This document shows positions 9,795 through 18,400 of a stretch of 64,000 nt of DNA, piece after piece; within the stretch, counting starts at the first letter, position 1, and each line of letters begins with the position of its first letter. The stretch covers positions 3,179 to 67,178 of the forward strand of contig CALRIA010000003.1 of the NCBI GenBank assembly GCA_943359595.1, in the 5' to 3' direction. The translations under genes were made by a program, and so were the position numbers. Under the pieces are notes generated by a model that saw only the letters and a list, made by a program, of their open reading frames with translations, searched no databases and was not told the DNA's origin. Source of the stretch: Candidatus Magasanikiibacteriota bacterium. Its GTDB lineage: Bacteria; Patescibacteriota; Patescibacteriia; Magasanikbacterales; GWA2-37-8.

Positions 9795-10874
9795 ATGTTT
9801 AATAATAATCCATTTGAAGGGGCATTTGGCTTGGATATAGGTGACCTATCTTTAAAATTAGTACAATTATCTTCTCCTTCCACCTTCAGTTATGACCATC
9901 GCTACAAAATAGAACACATGACAAGTATTACCTTGCCACCTGGTTATATTGTTAATGGCGAAATCCAACAGCCAGAGATGGTTCGACACAAACTATTGCA
10001 ATTGCTTGGAAAAAGTGGGCATGGAGAAAAAATTAATTCACCGTGGGTAGTGGCTGATCTACCAGAACCAAAAACTTTTCTAACCTCAATAGAAATAGAT
10101 ATACCGCCAGAACAAATTACTCAAGAAGACATTGAATATCAATGCCAAAAACATCTTCCGTTTGATCTACAAGAAGCCTATTTAGATTGGCAAATAATTC
10201 CACTACATGAAAAAACGCGGTTTACCAGAGTTTTAATTGGCGCTACTCCAAAAACCATTGCTGATTCATATACTTATTTATTAGAGAGCGTCGGTCTTCA
10301 ACCGGTTGCTTTGGAGGTAGAATCTCTAGCTATCGCCAGGTCGCTAATTAATGAAGAAAATGTTGCTGGAGCAATTTTAGATATTGGAGCCACCAGATCA
10401 TCTGTAATTATCTATGATGCAGGCGGTGTACGCTTTAGCACTACCATAAATTTTTCTGGAGAAATAATTAATATGGCTCTTATCCAACAATTAAAAATTA
10501 CCTACGATGAGGCCGAAGATTTAAAAATTAAAAATGGAATTAATTATACAAAAGAAAAATCTGACTACCTAAAAATTATAGATGAGCTTATCAATAATTT
10601 GATAATCGAAATTAAAAAAACTATTATCTATTACCATGACCATTATCCTCAAACTACGCCAATTGAACAAGTTGAGCTTTGTGGCGGCATGGCTATGATG
10701 CAGAATTTACTACCAACTTTGGCTCGTCGATTAAAAATAAAATTTAAACTAGGCAATGCTTGGAAAAATATTAAAACTGAAAAACTAACGGATAGTCAAA
10801 AAAATCGTGAACTTACTATGGTTTCAGCAACCGGCTTAGCTCTACGCGCTATGATAAACCCATACAACGATTAA
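9795..10874 (+). CDS. pilM: Type IV pilus alignment protein PilM
   Basis: Actin-like motifs FGLDIG..SLKLVQL, ILDIGATRS, LCGG, ATGLALR. Confidence 0.9.
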   Translation: MFNNNPFEGAFGLDIGDLSLKLVQLSSPSTFSYDHRYKIEHMTSITLPPGYIVNGEIQQPEMVRHKLLQLLGKSGHGEKINSPWVVADLPEPKTFLTSIEIDIPPEQITQEDIEYQCQKHLPFDLQEAYLDWQIIPLHEKTRFTRVLIGATPKTIADSYTYLLESVGLQPVALEVESLAIARSLINEENVAGAILDIGATRSSVIIYDAGGVRFSTTINFSGEIINMALIQQLKITYDEAEDLKIKNGINYTKEKSDYLKIIDELINNLIIEIKKTIIYYHDHYPQTTPIEQVELCGGMAMMQNLLPTLARRLKIKFKLGNAWKNIKTEKLTDSQKNRELTMVSATGLALRAMINPYND

Positions 10875-10875
10875 T

Positions 10876-11403
10876 ATGTTACCATCTAAAATTAATATTC
10901 TATCACCTAACAAAAAAAGTCTTTTAGAAAAATTGATTAAATTTATTTTTTTTAAAGAAATGGTAGAAATTATTTTACTAGTAGCGGCCTTTCTATCAGT
11001 CGTTCTATTATGGAGTTGGTTTGCGTTACAAAATCAATTTAATGACTTATCTCAAAGTGCCATGCTCGTAAATAGGGAATATTCTCATTATAACCAAGAA
11101 ATTAGAAAAATAAATACTTTAATTAAACAATTTAATTCAGCCAACAAAAACTACACGCCACTAACAGCAAAAATTTTGGAGCTGATCGAAAAACTACCAA
11201 ATGAAATAAAAATAAATTCATTATCTATTAACCAAAAAACAAATATAATAACTATTTCTGGAATGGCCAAAACTCGCGGTTCATTATTGGACTATCAGGC
11301 AACATTAAAAGATTATTCCTGGCTAAAAACAGTCCAAACTCCAACTTCTCAGTTATTTCAAAAAGAAAATGTTAATTTTGAAATTAAAGCCAGCCAAAAA
11401 TAA
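10876..11403 (+). CDS. pilN: PilN-like protein
   Basis: INILSP N-terminal PilM-binding motif, single TM, coiled coil, ISG.AKTR. Confidence 0.8.
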   Translation: MLPSKINILSPNKKSLLEKLIKFIFFKEMVEIILLVAAFLSVVLLWSWFALQNQFNDLSQSAMLVNREYSHYNQEIRKINTLIKQFNSANKNYTPLTAKILELIEKLPNEIKINSLSINQKTNIITISGMAKTRGSLLDYQATLKDYSWLKTVQTPTSQLFQKENVNFEIKASQK

Positions 11404-11407
11404 AAAT

Positions 11408-11947
11408 ATGAAATTAAATACTGAAAAAAGAACTATTATAATACTGACGATTTTTTCGGTCATTACTTTGATTATAATTTTCCAAATAATATTTCCCACT
11501 ATTCGATATATTAAAAATCTAGAACAAGACACCAATAATCTTAGAGAATATTTAGAAAAAAAATACGAAAATACCAAGACAATACGCACCTCAAAGAAAA
11601 AAATTGAAGAAATTAAGTCAACAGTGGCCAAATATCCTGATTATTTATTTTATCATGGTGACGAACTCAAATTAATCACAACTTTAGAAAATATAGCCAC
11701 CAGAAACCAAATAATTCAAAAAATTGATAATTCAAACTTGGATAAGTTGGACGATAAACTCAATCTTTCTCTAACTTTAAATGGTGATTACCAAAATATC
11801 TTAAAGTATTTATCAGCGTTGGAAAAAGAAAATTATTATTTTATCATCACTAATCTACAGCTTTCTTCCGCTTTTAGTCCACAAAATAATAATACCAACG
11901 CTACTATAATGAATTTGGATCTAATACTATATGTCAATCAACACTAA
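11408..11947 (+). CDS. pilO: PilO-like protein
   Basis: Single TM, coiled coil, GDYQNILKYLSALE motif; follows pilN. Confidence 0.75.
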   Translation: MKLNTEKRTIIILTIFSVITLIIIFQIIFPTIRYIKNLEQDTNNLREYLEKKYENTKTIRTSKKKIEEIKSTVAKYPDYLFYHGDELKLITTLENIATRNQIIQKIDNSNLDKLDDKLNLSLTLNGDYQNILKYLSALEKENYYFIITNLQLSSAFSPQNNNTNATIMNLDLILYVNQH

Positions 11948-12290
11948 ATTTGACCAATTTAAAAAAACCAGGTATCTTAAACCGGCTAACAGATACACCA
12001 TCTGGAAAGTCTTTGGCATGTTAATAGTAGGATTACTTTTAGCCTGCACTATTTTTATATTTTATTTTATCTATCAATATTCTTATTTAACCCTTTCCAA
12101 TGCCAACGCTATCTTGACGCTTAATTCAAGTTTAGGGGTAGAAATAATTGATAGTAAAAATTTTTCTATTTCACAAGATATTATAAATTCGAAAAAAACT
12201 CTACTACCAATTCCAGATAAAATAAGAAATATTTTTTATTATGTCCAAACTACAAGCTCCACACCAACTTCCTCCACAAAAATCAAATAA
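11931..12290 (+). CDS. Single-TM hypothetical protein (PilP position in the pil operon)
   Basis: One TM; RNIF motif near the C-terminus; overlaps pilO. Confidence 0.55.
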   Translation: MSINTKFDQFKKTRYLKPANRYTIWKVFGMLIVGLLLACTIFIFYFIYQYSYLTLSNANAILTLNSSLGVEIIDSKNFSISQDIINSKKTLLPIPDKIRNIFYYVQTTSSTPTSSTKIK

Positions 12291-13419
12291 AAAAAACTTG
12301 CTTTTTATTTTAGGTAGAGAGACTACTTTATCTTTAGCCGAAATTAAAGCATTTTTTATAACAAAAAATATTAATTTTGATATTTTTTATTATAAAGAAA
12401 ATAAGCTTGTATTATCGGTTGAACAAAATATAGATATACCCGAAATGATGAAGCTGTTGGGTGGCACTATAAAAATTTGTGAAGTAGCTGACCAAATACA
12501 AACTCAAAAAGATGAACTAGCCAAATTTTTAAACCAATATATTTCAACTGGTAAAATAGAATTTTCAATAAACGGTTTTACTGCCTTAGGGATAGAAACA
12601 AAAAAAATTCTAAAACAATTAGGCAGATCCGCTCGTTACATTGAATCAAAAAATACAGCCACTGTGATTTTTAATAATCTAGTAAAGGGCGGAGCAGACA
12701 TCGAAATCTGTCACAATCAAGTTTTTATTACCAAAGCTATCCAACCAATCGAAGATTTTTCTAAGCGTGATTTTGGCCGACCGGGGCGTGATGATGAAAG
12801 TGGAATGTTACCACCAAAATTGGCTATGATAATGCTTAATCTAGCAACTCAAAAAAATGAAAGCATTATTTTTGATCCATTTTGTGGATCCGGTACAATT
12901 ATCACTGAAGCAATATTAATGGGTTATAAAAACCTTATCGGCTCAGATATATCTGAGACAGCTATAAGCGATACTATAAAAAATATTGAGTGGATAAAGA
13001 ATACCTTTAAAATTAATGACTCTAATTTAAGGATTAGTATTTTTCAATCCGATATTTTTGATATTACAAAAAAAATAGATAACGATTCAATCGACGCTAT
13101 CGTGGCCGAATCTTATTTGGGCAAACCATTAAGAGGTAGTGAGACAAAGCCAATGATAGAATCACAAGCAATGGAATTAAAAATGTTATATACCAATGCC
13201 TTTGCTAGATTTAAAAAAATATTAAAATCTGGCGGAATTGTAGTATTTATTATTCCACGTTTTCGCTATAAAGAAGATTGGATTAAAATTGAATGTGAAA
13301 ATGAAATACTAAAACATGGTTTTATAAATGATTCAATATTATCTGAAGAAAAACATCTATTATATTGGCGTACAGATCAACATGTTGGCCGAGAAATTTG
13401 GAGATTTAAAAAAATTTAA
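12241..13419 (+). CDS. SAM-dependent RNA methyltransferase (Trm11/UPF0020-like)
   Basis: GMLPPKLA, FDPFCGSGT, GSDIS motifs. Confidence 0.8.
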   Translation: MSKLQAPHQLPPQKSNKKNLLFILGRETTLSLAEIKAFFITKNINFDIFYYKENKLVLSVEQNIDIPEMMKLLGGTIKICEVADQIQTQKDELAKFLNQYISTGKIEFSINGFTALGIETKKILKQLGRSARYIESKNTATVIFNNLVKGGADIEICHNQVFITKAIQPIEDFSKRDFGRPGRDDESGMLPPKLAMIMLNLATQKNESIIFDPFCGSGTIITEAILMGYKNLIGSDISETAISDTIKNIEWIKNTFKINDSNLRISIFQSDIFDITKKIDNDSIDAIVAESYLGKPLRGSETKPMIESQAMELKMLYTNAFARFKKILKSGGIVVFIIPRFRYKEDWIKIECENEILKHGFINDSILSEEKHLLYWRTDQHVGREIWRFKKI

Positions 13420-13432
13420 TCAGCATATTATC

Positions 13433-13479
13433 AAAAATAAAACAGCGGGCATAGTTACTATGTCCGCTGTTTTATTTTT
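13433..13479. terminator. Bidirectional intrinsic terminator between convergent genes
   Basis: AAAAATAAAACAGCGGGCATAG-TTA-CTATGTCCGCTGTTTTATTTTT. Confidence 0.85.
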
Positions 13480-13482
13480 TCT

Positions 13483-14556
13483 TTAGGCTATATGAAAATA
13501 TATTACATCCCCATCTTTGACGACGTAATCCTTCCCTTCTAATTTTAATTTTCCACTTGTCTTTATTCCACTCCAACCACCAAATTCTTCAAAGTCTTTC
13601 CAGTTGACGACATCAGCTTTAACAAATCCTTTGACGAAGTCTGTGTGGATTACACCGGCAGCTTCAGGGGCTTTTGCTCCTGTTTTTACAGTCCATGCTC
13701 TGGTTTCCATCTCACCAGAAGTAATAAAAGTAATTAAATTTAAAAGTTTATAACTAGCGAGAACCAATTTATCCAAACCAGTCTGAATTAATCCCAGTGA
13801 TTTTAAATATTCAGTTGATTCTTCTTCGCTCAATTCGGCTAATTCAGCTTCAAGTTTAGCGCTAATTTCAACTTGTTCGCTACCTGGTGGAGCTACAAAT
13901 TTTTTACCACCAGTCATATCTTCATCTACATTTACTACGTACAGCATCGGCTTCATCGTAAGTAGATGAAGCTCTTTCATCATTTCAACTTCTTCTCCGT
14001 CATATTCCAATTCACGTGTTGGCTTACCTTCCTGTAGTTGTTTATTTACTCTTTCTAAAAGTTCTATCTGTTTGGCCACTTCTTTGGCCGCCGTGCCTTT
14101 GGCTCCTTTTTTTACATTTTCCAAACGTTTGCTAACAGTTTGTAAATCAGCCAAAGCTAGTTCTAAATTTATTACTTCGGCGTCATCGGTAGGATTGACT
14201 TGATTGTTTACATGGATAACATTGCTGTCCGAAAATGCCCGTACCACCTGAGCAATGGCGTCCACTTCACGGATATGTGACAAAAATTTATTTCCCAAAC
14301 CCTGGCCCTCAGATGCCCCTTTAACTAAACCGGCAATATCTACAAATTCGATTACTGTCGGAATAATTTTTTTAGATTTGGACGCTATGCTTAATTTTGA
14401 CAAACGCTCATCTGGCACTTCGACTACCCCAACATTTGGATCAATAGTACAAAAAGGATAGTTTTGCGCTTCTGCCTGTTTGCTACGTGTCAAAGCATTA
14501 AATAGAGTAGATTTTCCAACATTGGGTAACCCAACAATTCCGATTGAAAATGACAT
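13483..14556 (-). CDS. ychF: Redox-regulated ATPase YchF
   Basis: GIVGLPNVGKSTLFNALT, NYPFCTIDPN, DIAGLVKGAS, GVIHTDF. Confidence 0.97.
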   Translation of the reverse strand: MSFSIGIVGLPNVGKSTLFNALTRSKQAEAQNYPFCTIDPNVGVVEVPDERLSKLSIASKSKKIIPTVIEFVDIAGLVKGASEGQGLGNKFLSHIREVDAIAQVVRAFSDSNVIHVNNQVNPTDDAEVINLELALADLQTVSKRLENVKKGAKGTAAKEVAKQIELLERVNKQLQEGKPTRELEYDGEEVEMMKELHLLTMKPMLYVVNVDEDMTGGKKFVAPPGSEQVEISAKLEAELAELSEEESTEYLKSLGLIQTGLDKLVLASYKLLNLITFITSGEMETRAWTVKTGAKAPEAAGVIHTDFVKGFVKADVVNWKDFEEFGGWSGIKTSGKLKLEGKDYVVKDGDVIYFHIA

Positions 14557-14559
14557 AAA

Positions 14560-15234
14560 TTAGTTATTTTTACCGATAATTTTAATAATTATCATTAACT
14601 CATTAAATATCTCTGCTGAAAAATAATTAATTCTGCAAACACCTTTGTAATTTAAGTTTTTAGATTCTTTACCAACTGAACGTGGGTCTATTCTAGCTTT
14701 ATAAAATTTATTTAATGGAATACTAGTTATATTGGACCAAAAATTTTGTAAATCATCAATATTTTGATCTGCTCTACATTGAAGAGTACAACGAAATTTT
14801 GATTCATCAATCTTATAAACAAACCTCAGTGTTTTTAAAAATAAACTAATTATTAACGGATCTGAATTTCCAAAAGTTAAAGAACTTCGCTGTTTTCTAG
14901 TACCCTCTAGATATAGGATTGATAAAATTATTTTAGCGACATCTTTATTTAATAAACAAACAGATAAATGTTTATTATTTTCAAATAATTTATTGTCCCT
15001 ATTATTATTTTTTTCTTTTAATACTTGTAAGGCTGCGACTCGTGCTTTATAAAGATTATTATCTTGTAGATCTTTTAACTTTTTTTTATAACTATCCGGT
15101 ACTTTAATATTTTTACACCAATGTGACAAGGTACTTTTTGGAATAGACATGTTTAAAATAGACTGAATTTCAGCGTAAGTCATGCCTTTTTTACGTAATT
15201 TTATTACTTGATTTTTGTATTGCAAAGACTTCAT
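14560..15234 (-). CDS. Hypothetical protein: N-terminal HTH plus LAGLIDADG-like domain (CPR-type)
   Basis: LRKKG.TY.EI...IPKSTLSHW HTH; LYLEG..K...FGNSDP...FW....I motif. Start moved to ATG 15234 because the longer ORF runs into tRNA-Ala. Has its own TTGTAC-17-TACAAT promoter. Confidence 0.65.
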   Translation of the reverse strand: MKSLQYKNQVIKLRKKGMTYAEIQSILNMSIPKSTLSHWCKNIKVPDSYKKKLKDLQDNNLYKARVAALQVLKEKNNNRDNKLFENNKHLSVCLLNKDVAKIILSILYLEGTRKQRSSLTFGNSDPLIISLFLKTLRFVYKIDESKFRCTLQCRADQNIDDLQNFWSNITSIPLNKFYKARIDPRSVGKESKNLNYKGVCRINYFSAEIFNELMIIIKIIGKNN

Positions 15235-15275
15235 AATACTTATTGTACCATAGAAGCCATACATGTACAACATTA

Positions 15276-15299
15276 AAACTTCCCCTATTGGGGAAGTTT
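15276..15299 (-). terminator. Terminator downstream of tRNA-Ala
   Basis: AAACTTCCCC-AATA-GGGGAAGTTT hairpin directly after the tRNA 3' end. Confidence 0.7.
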
Positions 15300-15300
15300 G

Positions 15301-15374
15301 TGGACCGCACAGGACTTGAACCTGCGACCTCTTCGATGCCATCGAAGCGCTCTAGCCAGCTGAGCTAGCGGCCC
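15301..15374 (-). tRNA. tRNA-Ala(GGC)
   Basis: GGGCCGCTAGCTCAGCTGG...CTTCG-ATGGCAT-CGAAG...GGTTCAAGTCC...GCGGTCCA with the G3.U70 identity pair. Confidence 0.96.
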
Positions 15375-15428
15375 TTTTATGATGATCATTGTATAATAGA
15401 AGTTTTTTTCTGTCAATCAAATAAAAAA

Positions 15429-18400
15429 CTATTGAGATATTGTAGAAGCTGCTACAGTTTCTACAGGCACAACTACCGGCGAAATTGTTTCTGAACTTGA
15501 TATAGGTAATGGACTAAGAGTTGTTTCTGTATTCGGTGATGAAGTTGATGCTAAAGATTGAGGAGAATTATCAGCAGAACTAAAAGGATTAGAAATGATA
15601 CTACTAGTTACTGTATCATTTGTTGAAGTTGAAACCTGATTATTCGTAATCTGATTATTACCTGTTGAAGTTGCTATTTCTATTATATTCAAACTAGTTG
15701 TTTCATCTTTTCTCTTCGCCACCACTATCCAATCAAATGTCGCGTCACTCTTTCCACCATCTAATTCTTTTACTATAAATCCTTGAGAATTTTTTTCAGC
15801 AACATATATACCTTTGGCCTCTCCTGAAGTTAAAGTAACATTAATTTTTAAGGGTTGGTTAGAATCAACCATATCTTGCATTGTCTGATCAAAGGCTACT
15901 TTTGCCTCACCAGCTATTAACTGTGAAGAACTAGAAAATACAAATTCAGAAGTTGGTGATTGAATAGCAAACATTTCTTTTTCACCTTGAGAAGTATTTA
16001 ATCTAGTAATAAAGTGCCCAGATTCGTCAATTGACCAATGGTTATTTTTACTACTAATTGCCGCAACATTCAATAACATATTACCCTGTAGATTAAGATC
16101 ACCTCCAGAATAAATTAGTTGACCATTATTATTTTCCACATTTAAATTAACGGTACTGGTAGCCCCCAATACGATTCCTTGAGCGGTGGCCAATTGTTGA
16201 ATATTATCTTTAATACTAGAAATCGTTTCATAACGACTATTCACCCAACCAGTACGCACCAAAGCCATTATTTTTCCTTTGTCACCAACAAACGAATCCA
16301 ACGCCACTCCAACTACCCCAACCATGTTATCATTATTATCTTTTTTAGGATCATATTTCATAGCATAACCAGAACTAGAAGCAGTTACCAAAAGATCACC
16401 GCGATTGATAGCACCATTTTCGCCAGATACTTTCAGAGGTACCCGACCAACCATAGCCAATATTGCTGTATATTCAGTTTTACCATTTCCAACCACAATA
16501 GTTGGATTAGTCGAAACAACACCAGCCACTGTTTGTTGATTAGAGCTACCACTACGACGATACGTATCTGGATTTTCTTTATCTACTACTAGTACATCAC
16601 CTGGTTCGACAATATCATCAGCGGCGATATCTACTCGCTCTGCCAAATCTCCTGGATTAGAAGAAGTGCCAAAAACAGCACTGGCAGCATAAATATTTCC
16701 TGAAGCACGCACATCACCATTAGCCATTACTGAAAATCTTGGATCATTATTAGAACGTAGGGAAAGCAAATATTTATCAGTTGAAGTGTCAAAATTTATT
16801 GCATTGAATATAAAAGCATGCGTATCATTGGTTTTAGATTCAAATAAAGCAGTGGCGTTAAATACTAGTTTATTCAAAACACTATTGAACATTGTAAATT
16901 CACCACTTAACGCTAAATTGTACGGAGTAACATCTGAGCCGACACTTAAAGTGGAACTGTCTGTATTTACAGTTAATGATTGATATAGCTGGTTTTGCCA
17001 TCCAAGACTTACAAAGGCTACGATACTTCCTTCGCCACTACCAGAAAAATTTTCCATTGCAATACCAACTATCGGTACCTCACCAACAGCTTTGGCGGCC
17101 ACACCATCAATATTAGATAGGGTGAGTTTGTCTCCAGAATTTATTTCACCATTAATGGAAGAAACTTTTGTTGGCACACGACCAGCCAACGCTACTTTTA
17201 CCACACCCAAATTTTGGTTTGGATTAAACAGATCACCACCACCAAGCAAGAAACCTGGATTTGCAGAAACTATTCCAACTATATGACTACTTTCGCTAGC
17301 TAAACATTTCTTTACACCGGCTATCACAGTTGGGTCAGTACAAACAACATCACCGTCAGTTGGACAGGTGCCATTTGCAGTACACAACATATTTACTGGA
17401 TACGTTTCGGCCAAATCAAGGGTTGTTGTACCGGACACATAAGATGTAGCACGAATAAATCCATTAACACCAATTGCTCCATTGCTAGTTGAACCAGCAT
17501 CGATTAATAATTTATAAGAAAAAGTATTACCACCACCAAAAGACGATGTATTAATCTCAACATTTCCCGAAGAAGAAATACTAAATACACTAGAGTTGGT
17601 ACTAGTAGCGATAGTAAATAATGGAGAGGCGGTGGATGAAACAAATATAGATATTGGACCATTGGAAATGATTCCGCCCGCACCAACACTTAAACTATTG
17701 CGTACAAAAAGGCTATTGCCAATATCAGAATTTTCCCAGACAGTCAGAGCGTTTGTGGATAAATTTCCAATATCAGCGGTGCTAATTTCTGCACCTTCTA
17801 AATCTAAGATTCCAAAACTATCATTGGTATTTCCACTAACATATGCATATTTACCAGCAAAGGCATATCCATGAGCACCGACAGTTGCTGATCCGTGTGC
17901 ATACACACCGACTAATACTGGAGCTGCTTTATTGCTTATATCAACAACTAAAAGATTATTTACCGTACCAACATACGCATATTTGCCAGACACAAAGACA
18001 CCAGAAGAAAATCCGTAACTATTATCAGCTAAACTTCCAACGATAGTCGGTGCGGTAGGATTAGAAACATCAATAATAGAAAGTACATTATCTAGATTAC
18101 CAGTAACATAAGCATAACGACCAGACACATAAACTTTTTCACTGTCACCACCACCTCTAAGTGAGGTTGAAGAGACAAAACCAATTATATTTGGTGAACG
18201 CACATTAGATACATCTACTATTGTCAAAGTGCCAAAAACACTAAGAGATGTGTTATCAATAACATAGGCATATTTGCCAGCTACATAGACACCTTCTGTA
18301 CTATTTAATTTTATTGTACTAGTTACTCTACCAGTAATAATTGGAACGGCAGGATTTTTAACATCAATTATCGTAAGACCACCGCCAGTATAACAGACTA

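Noticed and set aside
15235-15342. N-terminal extension of the 260-aa ORF
   Set aside because: It is read through tRNA-Ala, its terminator and a promoter; the true start is likely ATG 15234.
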